A stretch of 63,361 nt of DNA, counting the filler, from Octopus bimaculoides (taxonomy: Eukaryota): the NCBI RefSeq assembly GCF_001194135.2. It is 7 parts of 6 records of this genome, joined end to end, with 100 filler letters (N's around TTAATTAATTAA, not from the genome) between each part and the next. Parts side by side here need not be neighbours in the genome. Positions count along the whole stretch, not along the records: positions 23,327 to 42,813 come from NC_068993.1; positions 42,914 to 51,881 come from NC_068995.1; 5 more parts are not named here. One strand, 5' to 3'. The notes under the pieces are model-generated. The model searched no databases. It was not told where the DNA came from and was given only the letters and a program-made list of their open reading frames with translations. Positions 38,976-51,674 of the stretch are shown here, piece by piece (position 1 is the stretch's first letter; each line of letters starts with the position of its first letter). The translations under genes were made by a program, and so were the position numbers.

Positions 38976-39296
38976 CGCGCACACACACACACACACACAC
39001 ATACACACATACATACATATATATATACATAGAAAGAGGTAGGGATGTAAATAGACAGACAAACAAACAGAGAGACGGACAGACAGATAGATAGATAATG
39101 CATGTCTGAGACTAAAATTAAGACATCCAGTGAGGCTGGGTGAGAGGGAATGAGTGATGGAGACCAACAGGTGCACACTGCAACATAAACACACACATTC
39201 ACACACACACACACACACACATTCACACACGCACACAAGCCCAGAAACACTATATACTTGTAACCGAAGGTGTACGTGGTCATTTGTTGGCAACAA

Positions 39297-40148
39297 TTCT
39301 TTTATTCTTTTATTCTTTTACTTGGTTTAGTCATTTGACTGCGGTCATGCTGGAGCACTGCCTTTAGTCGAGCAAATCGACCCCAGAGCTTATTCTTTGT
39401 AAGCCTAGTACTTATTTTATCGGTCTCTTTTGCCGAACCGCTAAGTTACGGGGACGTAAACACACCCAGCATCGGTTGTCAAGCGATGTTGGGGGGACAG
39501 ACACAGACGCACAAACATATACACACACAATGTGAAGACGCAGGCTGGAAAGCGGAGCATTTTCCAATCGAAGTTGGATGTAGAGGATTTGTAGGACATA
39601 GTGTGAGACGACTGCTGTTATCGTTAGGCCTNNNNNNNNNNNNNNNNNNNNNNNNNNNNNNNNNNNNNNNNNNNNNNNNNNNNNNNNNNNNNNNNNNNNN
39701 NNNNNNNNNNNNNNNNNNNNNNNNNNNNNNNNNNNNNNNNNNNNNNNNNNNNNNNNNNNNNNNNNNNNNNNNNNNNNNNNNNNNNNNNNNNNNNNNNNNN
39801 NNNNNNNNNNNNNNNNNNNNNNNNNNNNNNNNNNAATCAGTTGATCTAGCAAGCGGGGCCTCATATCAGTGAGGGGGGCCGGTGCGCATTGATGCCGTCG
39901 AGAGGTAGGCCCCGAAACGGCGCGCATTCTCTCCTGATGACCCCATACACTTGCTGGCTTCCGGTATGCGGGGTTCTTGACTGGTAGCACTTGCATGTGC
40001 GAGTTGTTTGCAAGACATATATATACATATATACGACGGGCTTCTTTTCAGTTTCCGTCTACCAAATCCACTCACAAGGCTTTGGTCGGCCCGAGGCTAT
40101 AGTAGAAGACACTCGCCCAAGGTGCCACGCAGTGGGAATGAACCCGGT
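39297..40148 (-). mobile_element. SINE family A split by a LINE fragment in its central microsatellite
   Basis: The 3' half lies at 39297-39530 and the 5' half at about 40015-40148. Confidence 0.8.
39531..40015 (+). mobile_element. HERO-clade (R2 superfamily) LINE 3' fragment
   Basis: CEDAGWKAEHFPIEVGCRGFVGHSVRRLLLSLG matches the HERO REL C-terminal motif C..GW....P.EVGCRGF. The GC-rich sequence after the gap (39835-40015) is taken as the 3' UTR (inference). Confidence 0.7.
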
Positions 40149-40167
40149 AGTGATATATGCAGCATAT

Positions 40168-40680
40168 CGAACCTCGAATGAAGAATAAATATCTTAATAT
40201 AGAAATAACTTGAAAAATGCTCAAACATTTTAATAGCAAATTCCCAAACATTTTAATAGCAAAACTTATTTTTTATTAAAACACTCACCTTGCTCTTACA
40301 TTATAAAAGTAACTTTAAATGCTCAGACATTTTGAGCAATTTTATTTTAAGGCTCACCGTGCATATGCAACATATCCAAAATCGAATGAAGCATAAGTGT
40401 TGCTTTATTGCAAAAATTATTTGAAATGTTTAATAGCAAAACTTATTTTTTATTAAAATACTCACCTTGCTCTTGCAGTATATGGAACTTCGAATGAAGA
40501 ATGTTGCTTTATTATAGATTAACTTTAAATGCTCAGACATTTTGAGCAACATTTTTTATTAAAATACTCATCATGTTCATCGAATGAAAAATACATGTTG
40601 CTTTATTATAGAAGTAACTTCAAAGGATGCTCAAACATTTTGAAAGCAACAAACTAAATTTTTATTAAAATACTATGTCT
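40168..40680. repeat. Degenerate AT-rich minisatellite (about 100-125-bp unit, about 4-5 copies)
   Basis: Recurring blocks CGAATGAAG, TGTTGCTTTATTATAG, TAACTTTAAATGCTCA(A/G)ACATTTT and TTTTATTAAAATACTCA. Confidence 0.7.
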
Positions 40681-40959
40681 ATAGTTACATTCTGTTGACG
40701 TAAGCATGAATTATATGTTAAGTGACAATTTATTTCGTGTTCATCATATTGATTGTTATTTAACGTCATTGTTATTTCTCTTTACTATCACAGAATTATT
40801 TAAGATAAATTATTCTATAGAAATGTATGGAGAGTAAGGAATGTTTCTGTTTGTGTCCCCCACCCAGTATACTCTGGAATATACTGACTAAAAGTCTACA
40901 CGGTTACAGTAACACTACGTACACCTTGTAACTATGTTATACGACCAACTAACATGTTA

Positions 40960-41967
40960 CATTGGGTGTTTAAGAACTCAAATGCGCAATAAAACATTCC
41001 TACAAACACGAAAAACAAGGTGAAGATGACTTTCACTTCACACAAGTCTTCAACTGTTTGGCGCACACATTCACTAGCCTCTAATCACTGTGAAAGTTTG
41101 AGTCTGAAGATTTTTGAAACCAGGATCCCCGAGAAACGTTATTGATTTTATAACGTCGTAATCACAAAACAGGAAAAGTTGAAATTTCTTTGGACAAGAC
41201 GAAAGACGGTACCACACGGACTGAACGAGCATTAAATAACACGTCGTCTTGAAACTTACTGTTCTTTGTTGTCACGGCATAAACGCGAACAATATTTTTG
41301 CATCGGATTGTTACGTGTGGTGAAAAATGGATTCTGTTCAACAATAGCAAGCGGTCTGCACGGTGGTTGAATAGAGACGAAGTGCCAAAACACAATCCAA
41401 AAAAGAATATTCATCAAAAGAAGCTAATGGTGTCTGTTTGGTGATCCAGTGCTGGCGTCATCCACCACAGCTTCATGAGACCTGGTAAATCAATTACAGT
41501 GGATGTATACATCAACCAGCTGGATGAAATAATGAGTGAACTTACAATTTAACAACCGAAATTGGTCAATAATGACAGACCAATTCTCTTACAAGACAAT
41601 GCTCGACTACATGTTGCACAAAGAATGCTACTCAAATTACAGGTACTGAACTTAGAAGTACTCTGTCATCCATTGTATTCAGCAGAACTTGCACCAACTG
41701 ACTATCACATTTTCCAGACATTAGACAACTTTTTGCAAGGAAAAAACTTCAAATCTGAAGAAGATGCAAAAACAACCTTTCGCGATTTCATCACCTCTTG
41801 CTCTCCAGAATCTTTCGCTGCCGGCATAAAATAAGCTACCGATAAAATGGCAAAATTGTGTTGATAATTTAGGTACATACTTTGATTAACTGCATTACTT
41901 TTTGTTGAGATAAAGTAAAATAAACTTTCGGTCCAAAATCGGACATTCCATTCTTAATGACCTGATA
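40960..41967 (+). mobile_element. Mariner (DD34D) transposon, internally deleted pseudogene
   Basis: VPHGL (WVPHEL), RIVTCGEKWILFNN, LLQDNARLH and HPLYSAELAPTDYHIF (YSPDLAP). The 3' TIR CATTCCATTCTTAATGACCTGA-TA has a degenerate partner ATTGGGTGTTTAAGAACTCAAATG at 40961. The N-terminal part of the transposase is deleted. Confidence 0.85.
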
Positions 41968-41974
41968 TCGTTTT

Positions 41975-42230
41975 ACTTGTTTCAAACATTGGACTGCGGC
42001 CACGCTGAGGCATTGTCTTGAAGATTTTTAGTCGAACAAATCGCCCCCAGTACTAATTCTTAAGTTTGGTATTTGCTTTGTCACCCCTTTGGCCGAACCA
42101 CAAGGTTATGGGCACGTAAACAAACTAACACCAATTGTTAAGAAGTTGTGGGGGATAAACACAATCACAAAGGCACACACACACATACACGTGTATGCGT
42201 GTGTATCTGTCTGTCTGACTGTCTGTGTAT
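41975..42230 (-). mobile_element. SINE family A 3' half, diverged
   Basis: TTTTACTTGTTTCAAACATTGGACTGCGGCC...TTTGGCCGAACC...GTAAACAAAC. Confidence 0.6.
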
Positions 42231-42329
42231 CTGTGCGTATCATCACCATCATCATCAAGATCTCTAATGCAGCCAGTCGTTCGAGTGCCCGTCAAGACGC
42301 TTTCGTAATTAACCATCGCCACTAGTCTC

Positions 42330-42775
42330 TGTTATCTACCATGCGTAGATGGCTCACTGTGTTGTGACCCATCCAGTCCTTGATCTTGTCCAACCAGGAT
42401 TTGTTTCTCTATCTCTCTTTCGCTCTCCCTCAGCTGTGCCTGAAGAATGGTTTGGAGTAGGGAGTTGTGGCGGAATACATGACCGTACGAGGCAAGCTTT
42501 TTTTTTTTTTTACCTGCACGTGGAGTGGTTACTGTCTACCAGTATATTGGTTGACTTGCTGCCTGGAAAAGCTCTTCATTTTGAACGGGATGTGTTATAG
42601 CCTTCTGAAATACTTGTGCTCAAATGCCTGGATCCTTCGCTCCATGTCGGCTGTAAGAATCCAGCTCTCATACGGAAGGATCAAAATCACTAGCGCCTTG
42701 TACAATCTCAGTAGTGTTAGAAAACTAATGCAACTGGTTTTCCCTTTTCCATAGGTATTTCAGCTTCGTCATGAC
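42330..42775 (-). mobile_element. RTE LINE 3' relic
   Basis: LRLYKALV...ESWILTADMERRIQAFEHKYFRRL...YGHVFRHNSLLQTILQ (typical RTE C-terminus). Confidence 0.8.
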
Positions 42776-43317
42776 AGTAGAGTATGCATATTTTATACAT
42801 ATGTTATATATATNNNNNNNNNNNNNNNNNNNNNNNNNNNNNNNNNNNNNNNNNNNNTTAATTAATTAANNNNNNNNNNNNNNNNNNNNNNNNNNNNNNN
42901 NNNNNNNNNNNNNAAAGGCCTCACACATTTTCTCGTGTTCGTTTACCAAGACGCCATTATGATTCGTCAAAGACCGTATAGTTGAACTATTCCTTGCCGA
43001 GCTTCCACCACTCGGGCCCATCCAGCGGCCTTGATTCCTTCACTTCCCATCGCACGTAACTTAGCTCTGGCAATACTTCCCATGTATTGGGCTTCAAGAT
43101 GCTGGTCTAACTCCAGTCTTTTCACCTTCACTTGGTCCGCATTGCCAGTCCTCCAGGCTTCTAATTCCTTAACTAAACCATCTCCTATTCTACGTTCCTT
43201 CTTAGCTAAACTTATGCTAAACCTAATAGACTCATATTTGATGGCTCTTTTTAGGGCGTACCACCATTTGTTATTAATGATGGTACCTGTCAATGCCCTC
43301 TGTATTAATATCTTGAT

Positions 43318-44103
43318 CTACTTTCTGTATTCCTCAATCGCCAAAAGGGACGTATTGAGTTTCCAGTAGCCAGATCCCTGACTATGTAATTTATCTGTTG
43401 TCAGTTTACAGGTAACCATCTTGTGGTCACTGTAGCTGACTAGAAAATACTGTGGACACTTAGCTATAGACTTATCGGTTTCTCTAATTAAAATTCTATC
43501 TAGATATGTTCTGGAAGACCCGTCACTATTTGACCACATCCACTGTGGAGTGTTCGGGTGTTCCAACCTATATGGATCTGCTAGCTGAAAGTGACTTAGC
43601 AGATCCCGTAAGCCTGGGTTACATTTTCTGTTCATGTTCGAGCCAACACAATCTGTGTGTACGTCACATATTGTGTTAAGGTCTCTTAACAATACTAGCG
43701 AATGCGACGTGGCCAGGAACTTGCCCAGGTCACGAAAATATTCACTTTGCGGGCCCATAATGTTGGGTGCATAAATAGCGACTAGCCTGATTATCTTGCC
43801 ACAACTGAATGTCTGATCGAGAACGACCAGCCTGCCTTCTGCATCAGGAAAAAACCAACTTTTCTCGGTTACCCGGTTTCTTTTTAGTAGGACCAACACC
43901 CAAGCCCCACCTCCTGCCCGACTCGGAGAAACGTATTTCTCATAGCCGTTCAGGAGGGGGGACAGATCTCTTGGCTCCTTTACTCGGGTTTCCGTTGCAA
44001 TAATCACATTCAATTTTCTTGACCTGATGTCATTTAGGAAGCGTCCTTGCTTCCAGCTAGACATCAGGCCACGAACATTAATACAACCAATGTGAATAGA
44101 CAT
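43318..44103 (-). pseudogene. Tx1-like ORF2 apurinic-endonuclease domain (261 aa open; frame broken downstream)
   Basis: Motifs INVRGL, ATETR, AIYAPN, LRDLN (GDxN mutated), YLDRIL, YSDH and GSGYWKLN. Confidence 0.85.
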
Positions 44104-44482
44104 GACTTACCTGTTAATCAGGGCTGTCCGGTGGAGAGGGACCCTCCACCTTTTCGTGATACAAGGTCGGAGGTGGCAGGTCTTGGGAAATAGATTTGTT
44201 AAAATCCCGTCTCATTACCGACACAAAATTATCTGGTGGGGCGGGGTCTCCACCTTTTCCTTTTCTCGCGGGATCGGGGCTGGTAATCCATGAAATATAG
44301 ACTTTAATAAGTCCAATCTCATTGATGATACTGTCTTACGGTATTTGTTTTGTAAAATTCTATGAGTCTTATTTGAAACTTCATACACGTCATAGTTGTT
44401 ATATTTCTCCGAAAGGTTATCTTTGCAGTCTTAATTAATTGAATGCCTCTCATTAGCTCAGTATCTTTAGTGTATACGGCTA

Positions 44483-45205
44483 TTATGCCTTTTTCCTCTT
44501 TTTCTCTTCTGGCAGTCTTTTTTGGTCGTTGTTCTGTAGTAGTTGCCGCTCTCGGTTGAGTTGCTGATTGTATTTTTCTTTTGTTTGCTGTTTTCTTCTC
44601 ATCTTTTTCTTCTTTTTCTTCTTCCTTTTTTCTTCTTTCTTCTCTTCCTTCTCTTCCTCATTTTCCGTGCAGTTCCTTCGAATGTGGCCTAATTGGCCGC
44701 ACAAAAAACATCGGGGTTTTCGGCCCTCAACAAACACCACGAGGGTCTCCTCCCCTATCTCAATAGTCTCGGGAATTGCTTCTATTATTTTAAGGTCAGC
44801 CTGGATGAGGAGACTAACTGTTTGACCAGTCCAGTTAGCGTTTTCGGTAGCGACAGCCTGGAGGAGGGTAATTTTCTCTTCTTGTTTGATTAGGACTGCC
44901 GCCACCAACCACATAGGATCCACTTCCGGTGGGACCCTTGTGATTTTAATTCTGGACGTTCTCATCTTTACTGAATGTTTTTGTGCAATTTCTTTGTTGG
45001 TAAACCTTACTTCCACCGTACCAAACTTCCTGCCGCTTGTCAGATAAATTACGTCACTCCAGATTGGCTTCAGGCACTTCTCTACCTTCTCTTCTGTAAT
45101 TCTCTCAATTTTTCTTTTTTGCAAACAGTAAGTTTTAAATATTATTGTTTTGTTTTTCTTCTTGTAGTAATTTCTCCGGTGCTTGTATTTTAACCACGTT
45201 ATCAT
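44483..45205 (-). pseudogene. Tx1-like ORF1 (nucleic-acid binding, zinc knuckle)
   Basis: 240-aa ORF with VEGRKPRCFLCGQLGHIRRNC (CX2CX4HX4C) and a Lys/Glu-rich tail. N-terminal pieces lie in other frames at 45275-45654. Confidence 0.8.
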
Positions 45206-45789
45206 TTATTTGCATCATTTCACTGTATTTCATAAAATCACACTTTAGTTGTCGAAAGCAGCAGGGTTCCACCCTCAGCTACCGACGCAAAACTTTTTTT
45301 CTTTTTTTGGTTGTTCAGTTTGGATGCTAGGTGCATCAATTATTCTTTTGGACACAATACTTTTGTTTTTTGGCAAACTCGGGTATTCTTCTAGTGAAAG
45401 TTCTGACGAGCTTTCAGACACATCTCCAAATAACTCATACATTTTGTTTTTCTTTTTGCAACGGGGGAATAAAAAATTCCATTTTCGGGGGAATCCATTA
45501 TTTCTTTGCTCGTAGTTGGCTCCTTGCCAGACAACATGCAATTCTTCGCTTCAACAGAAAAAACAGACATTTCTGTTCCAACGGTAGGCCTCTCGCTAGA
45601 CGACATTCTTCCCCCCCAACGGGGGAATGAACAACGTGTGCTTTCTACAAGCACTTAGTGTTTTCAAATGAAAACTCCAACAATTACGAAATTCAAAAAT
45701 TTAACAAAAACAGGAGTTATTGTAAATAATAACACTAAGAAACAGCAATTTACACCACGAACACGTAAGAAACAAAAGAGACAAACGTA

Positions 45790-45842
45790 ACACCGCTAAG
45801 CATTTCGCCCGGCGTGCTAACGTTTCTGCCAGCTCGCCACCC
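45790..45842 (-). mobile_element. SINE family B head only
   Basis: GGTGGCGAGCTGGCAGAAACGTTAGCACGCCGGGCGAAATGCTTAGCGG on the minus strand. Confidence 0.8.
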
Positions 45843-45989
45843 TACCAGGTTTACATATATTAATTAATACGAGAGCTATGTAGGACAGAAGTGACATTGT
45901 AAAAAGAAAAAAAAAAGGAAAGCAAATTCGTCACACTTTTCAGACGCTCTAACGACTCTCTGCCAATCTCTCACGCTAATGATAATAAT

Positions 45990-46182
45990 AATTCCTTCTA
46001 ATTTTGGTACAAGGCCAGCAATTTTAGAAAGACAGGTTAGTCGATTGCATTGACTCCTGTACGTAACTGGTACGTTATTTTATCGACCCCGAAAGGATGA
46101 AGGTGAAGTTGACTTCGGCGGTATTTCAACTCAAAAAGTAAAGAGCCAAGGCATTTTGTCCGACGTGCCAACTATTCTGCGA
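45990..46182 (-). mobile_element. SINE family B
   Basis: CTGGTACGTTATTTTATCGACCCCGAAAGGATGAAGG...TTGACTTCGGCGG. Confidence 0.7.
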
Positions 46183-46184
46183 GA

Positions 46185-48350
46185 ATAACAATTTTCTATG
46201 TTGGCCACAAGAGCCGAAAAATATATTTGGGACAATACAAAGACAAAAGACAGTGGGAATTTACATAGGCGCGTGCAAACAATAACATCAATAACATTAA
46301 TTAATAACAAGAGTTAATTAACAAAAGAATTATAACAAGGGTTCCCAATAGGGAGAAACGTCGCCTTGGATCAACCAAGGAACCCGACAGAACTCGAGTC
46401 ACTCTGCTGATCAAGAGTGCCTCTCTCTCCGTACTTTTCAGCCTACAGGTATATGCTTCGAGTAGGTTCATACGCTCGGACCATTCTCGCTACATACCCC
46501 CACCATTTTACAAATTTATTGCGGTGGAAACAGCACCTCCTTCTCCATTCTCACTTTCCTTTCTAAGTGAAACTTGAAAAAGGAGCGTCTCAGTCTCCTG
46601 TCGTTTCCGTCGCAACTACCATTAACATCTTCCGCCACACCCACAAAACAGATGAAATGTGCCTGCGTTTCCATGTCAAAGGAAGGCAATGGGAAAATCT
46701 TTACAATGGATTCAGTTGATAACTGGATCTGTCCTACATGCAATAGCATATATTCGATATCAATCCACACGTCAGCAATGCTCGAGCATTATATACGCGC
46801 GCTTTTTCTTTAGAATGCTATGGCAGGACTTCTAAATGGTGGTTTGATCAACTGATCGAAAGCGGTGAGCGCCTGATGGCACTCTACGAGCCAGGTACCC
46901 TGATTCGTTCTCCGCTTGATCTCGGAGTTACACCTCTGTCAAAGAAACGAGATGTGGAAAAGCGTGTCTAGCAAACGGCGACTACTCTTACTCACCAGCA
47001 AAGAAAGGATGGAGATGTCGCAGCCTCAGCGCGCATCTGTGCTTCATTAATTACTGGATATCCAGTCCTCCGCACAGTGGAAGTTGACGACAAATCAACT
47101 GTCTGACCAGTGGAACACTTCCCTTCAACAAAAAGCGGAAATGCAAGTATTACCATGGAGCGTGATAAGGCACGATGGTTAAGCGTTAATAGATCACAGA
47201 AGCGATGTAGACATTCCCCACCTCTACTCGACCATTCCCCACCACTGCTCATCCGTCCAGCATCTCATGATGCAATTAGGTGGATTGGACCAGCCCCTCT
47301 GTGTGCTCAGTTACAATGACTTCCCCTGGTTAATTTTACTCCTGTAACTGCCTTTTATTCCCTTCGTGTAGTGTCTAAGTTGGGGTTGGACGTGTGTTTT
47401 CATGCATGCCTATGTGTGTGCTTGTGTTTGAAAGACGGGTAGAGAAGAAGAAGAAGAGAGAGGAAGTTAAGTTGGAGTTAAGTTAAGTTGGAGATTTTAC
47501 TAGTTGGTGAGTTTTGATTGTTGTGGGTGTCGTTGTTGTTGTTGTTGTTGATGACGATTCTGGTGCTGCTGCTGCTACTGCTATTGCTTATGTAAACTAC
47601 TGTTGCTGGGGTTGTAGCGTCAGTAGTAGTGGGTCGAGGCCTCCCTTCTCCTGTTTTTCGCTGAGGTCAAAATGCTCTGAAGTGAATTTCCTTACAGTAC
47701 AAGTAGCATCTTGGTTTTCTGCACTCAACCGCGGCTCACAGTTCCACTCCATTGGGTAGGTGAATAAGATCTGGGATTTCCATTATGTCCTCTGGTTTTA
47801 TCTGGAGGAGTATCTCCTCTATGGTCCAAAACCAAAAGTCTATCTCCGTGTTTTACGTCGAGGAGGGTACCACTGCACTCCAAAACAACAGTCCAACTGC
47901 CGCCAGATATCCAACCCAAGTGGAGCTTTGTCTTAATGCGATAGATCCTTTTACCTAAATATGTTGAGTAGAGGGTGAATTTCTTATCGTGTATGGAAAC
48001 AATGGAGTACTTCAGCGCGATGGTTTTGTTCTGAAAGACCTCCATGCTCTTAAACTTCGTTGCCTTAGTCACATGATTTATATCTACCCGTACTCCTTTG
48101 AACGCTCATTTTATCTGGGTGAGTGTTGTTGCTTTTAGATGTCGGCGTTTTGCCTAACACAGCGATACTACACTGTCTTTCGTGCATGCTGCCAAAATCT
48201 CAGCTGGATTAGCAACTTGTGCTTTCTTGCCGTTCGGGTTTATAAGCCGTTTCGTGTGTCAGTCAAGCGTCCCTCCGTGTCGTTTAAGAAGAGTGAGAAT
48301 TATTGTGTTGATTTCGTAGCCGTGCAGGAAAAGACTACCTTCTCGTGAGT
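46185..48350 (-). mobile_element. Tx1-like LINE, heavily deleted
   Basis: ORF1 relic (FKSMEV...YSTYLGKRIYRIK, 47725-48072). The ORF2 C-terminus (WIDIEYMLLHVGQIQLSTESIV...FFKFHLERKVRME) and 3' UTR are homologous to 32580-33440. Confidence 0.7.
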
Positions 48351-48809
48351 CGCCCATACCGCTTACTTTGTTGTCGTAGTCATTGTTGTTGTTGCTACTG
48401 CTGCTGCTTTTTTTTATGCTGACTTTCATATTGTTACTGGCGTCGCTACTGTTGCTGTGTTGTTGTTGCTACAGCTGTCGTTGTTTCTTGTATTGCTATT
48501 GTTGTTGCTGTTGTTCTTATTAATAAAGCTAGAAGTAACAAGATTTTCCTGATAACCCTCATAAAATCTGAATGGCGTTACCGCCGACATAATTCCAAAC
48601 AAGAACAACGCAGACGAAAGCAAATAAATATTACAAAAATTGTGCCCTTTAGGATGTAATTTGGCTGTCCTCCCCGTTACCCAGGCAAGTAGGGGTCTTA
48701 AGTAAAAGTTTCAATAAAAATTTACAACAGTAATCAAATTGCTTTCAACAAAATCTAACGTAACATCGGAGCCGATGTGAAGCATATCCAGCATAAATAA
48801 TAATAATTC

Positions 48810-49320
48810 TTTTTTATTTTGGCACAAGGGCAGCAATTTGAAGGGATCGACTGGTACTTTTTTCATTGATCTTGAAAGGTTGAAAGGAAAGCTCGACCTC
48901 AGTGGGATTTGAAATCAAAAGGTAAAATGGGCAAAATGTAGCTAAGCATTTTGTCCGGCGCAGTAACGATTCTGCCCGCTCGCTGCTTTCGCCTGAATAA
49001 TCCTTTCTACTATAGGCACAAGGCCTGAAATTTTGGGGAGAGGACTAGTCGATTACATCGACTCCATAGTTTCACTGGTACTTAATTTATCGACCCCGAA
49101 AGGATGAAAGGCAAGGTCGACTTCGGCAGAATTTGAAGTCAGAACTTGGAAGAAACGCCGCTAAGCATTTTTCCAATGTGCTAACAATTCTGCTCACCGC
49201 CTTAATGGTTTCAAATTCTGGCACAGGGCCAGCAGTTTCGAGGGAGGAGTTAAATCGATTACATTGACCCTCAGTGTTTAACTAGTGCTTATTTTTATTG
49301 GCCCCGGAAGGATGATGGAG
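48810..49320 (-). mobile_element. Three tandem SINE family B copies or fragments
   Basis: Repeated GGCACAAGG/AGG...ATCGAC...CTGGTACTT...GAAAGGATGAAAGG blocks starting at about 48820, 49010 and 49215. Confidence 0.75.
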
Positions 49321-49682
49321 TCAGTCTTAGAAATGAGGAAGTGTCTTCATTGTGCCGAATTTGCAATGGATTGATGAAATTATTGCCAATATTGTGAATG
49401 AATATCCTAGATTTCCAGAATTTGTAGGTAAATCCATATATGGTAGGACAAAATGAAACAAATAAATATGAATTTAGTACTTTATTTGGAAATAATAACT
49501 GATACTTGAAAGGTGAGAAAATAGATTTTTACAAGGGTCCATTCATATTTTAGGTTCTGCACCCCAAAATCTATTCTTTTTCATTTGGAAACTACACCAG
49601 GAACTCTTTCGTTTGTGAGTTTCTAATGGACATTCATGATACGACATCCTTCTTCTTCTTACTATTATCATCATTATCAATT

Positions 49683-51609
49683 ATGACTTCCTTCCATTAT
49701 AACTTTATTTCAGCTGCCTTAGTACCGGGCATCCTCTGGAGGCCAAGAGTAGCAAGGGCACTTTTGTTTTATTATGCATGCTAAAATTATCACCACATTT
49801 ATTCCATTTTAGATGGAGAGTGCTTTCCGTAGTGTATGGGCTGTCTCCATCAAAGTTATCTTTTGTAGTTCACGGAGATTGGAGTTACAAGGGAGTTGCT
49901 TAATCTACTTCTCAGCTCCCTTCTTTATCATTCCCAACGTACCAATAACTACTGGTATTGTCGTAGTACTAAACTTCTACATTTTTGTGATTTCAATTTG
50001 CAGATCTTTATAGTGAGAAAACTTTTCGTATTCTTTTCGTGAGACATTTTGATCTTGTGGGACTGACATATCAATTAACAGGCAATTGCCTCTGTTGTAG
50101 TCCTTGATCACAAAATTTTTCTGTCTGTTTGTATTGGGAAGTTCCAAAGGATGGTGACGCCCTCGCCATTTACAACATCCTCTGGATGGTGCCTGCACCA
50201 CTTATCATGAGATTTAATTTTGTAGTATTTACAGGCATTCCAGTGGATGTACTGCCCTAGTCTGTCATGTCTTATGAGGTATTCCTTTTCAGCGAGGACT
50301 GGGCAGCCAGAAACAACATGATCAATTGTCTCTGTGAATTTTCTGAAAATTCTGAACGAGGGATCATATCCATATTTAAGGACGTTTGCATAGTAGTTTC
50401 TGGTAGGTAAGCTCTGATCTTGCGCTGCAATAGCAAAACCTTCTGTTTCCCCTTTCAGACTGGCTGAAAGGGGGAAAAATCAAACAAAAAAGCAAAGAAG
50501 GCTGTCCAAGCCAGATATTGATCAAAATCTAACACACCAATGGCTACAAGGGTATTTTCCATGCAGGAGTTTGCCTTTCCAGTTGTCTTCGATATTATTC
50601 ATGCAAGCTTTCTTTGCTTTTTTATTTGATTTTTTTTTTATATCAGTGATAGATTAGTCACTATTCGGATCTCGTTAGTCTTTCTGATTGTTAATTTCTA
50701 AAGCAGGAGTAGCAATGGTAGGTCTTTCAGTATTTGGGTGTCTTTGGTTATTCTTATTGTGACCTTGTAGGTCAAGAGACTTTTTAAATTTCTTACTAAG
50801 CTTCATGACTGAAGCTTGTTTGGAATCTTCATGTTTCAGTGCATTTCGTAAGAGCACATCACTTGTCATATTAAGGTACGTTTCAAGGCCTATTATTTCT
50901 GATTTAAAGGATTGTTCGAGCTGTATTAGGCCTCTTTCACTTATTTTTCTTGGAAGATAAATCATATCTACATCTGATTTTGGATGGTGCATTCGGTACA
51001 TTGTAAGGATTTTACGGATCTTACCATCCATATTCTGCATGTCAGTGAGACTCCACTTAATGACACCGAAGCTATATGTGGTTACTGGTATGGTTAAAAA
51101 ATTGATCGCATTAATTCTGTTAGCAGCATATAAGTCTGAGTTTAGGATCATTCTTACCCTCCGGTAGCATTCCTAGCGAATTTTCTCTTCCATTTTAGAG
51201 TGCTGGACACCATCACCCTCATTGGTTCCCAAATATATGTATACTTCGGATTGGTCTAAGTTTCGAATAGCTGTGGTAATATCAAGTTCTATGTTTCCTG
51301 CCTTTATGAACTTCCCTGCCTTGAAAGTAGCCTTTGCACATATTTCAAGTCCGAATTCCATACCTACATCAGAGCTGAATTCTTTGACAATATTCAGGAG
51401 ATCTTGTAATGCTTTTTCGTTTTTGGCCAACAGTTTTAGATCATCCATATAGAGTAGATGATTAATTTTCTGGTCAAATATCTTATACTCTCTCGTAACA
51501 TTATTCAGTTGCGTGGATAATGGGAACAGAGCGAGGTTGAATAGTAATGGTGATAATGAGTCACCTTGAAAGATACCACAGGCGATATTGATGTATGGTG
51601 AGGTAGTAC
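49683..51609 (-). mobile_element. R4/Dong-clade LINE, 5'-truncated, RT plus REL endonuclease
   Basis: GIFQGDSLSPLLF, HLLYMDDLKL, GMEFGLEIC, YIYLG, DVDMIYLPR, ETEGFAIAAQDQ, ETIDHVVSGC, RHDRLG, IDMSVP and KYKDL-like motifs, with a 3' UTR ending in a degenerate (TAA/TGA)n. Confidence 0.9.
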
Positions 51610-51625
51610 ATTATTATTATTATTA

Positions 51626-51674
<49 letters not shown>

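Larger units (their letters stand above)
42914..45785 (-). mobile_element. Tx1-like (L1 clade) LINE, 5' portion running into a gap
   Basis: 5' UTR, ORF1 with a CCHC knuckle, and ORF2 APE domain (see sub-features). Confidence 0.85.

Noticed and set aside
39885-39945. TGATG...GAAAC...CTGATGA in the putative HERO 3' UTR as a ribozyme
   Set aside because: The sequences flanking the cores (CCCC and CCCC) cannot form stem II.
41100-41145. CTGAAGA...GAAACGTT hammerhead-like words
   Set aside because: They lie within the mariner 5' region, with no stem II or stem I pairing.
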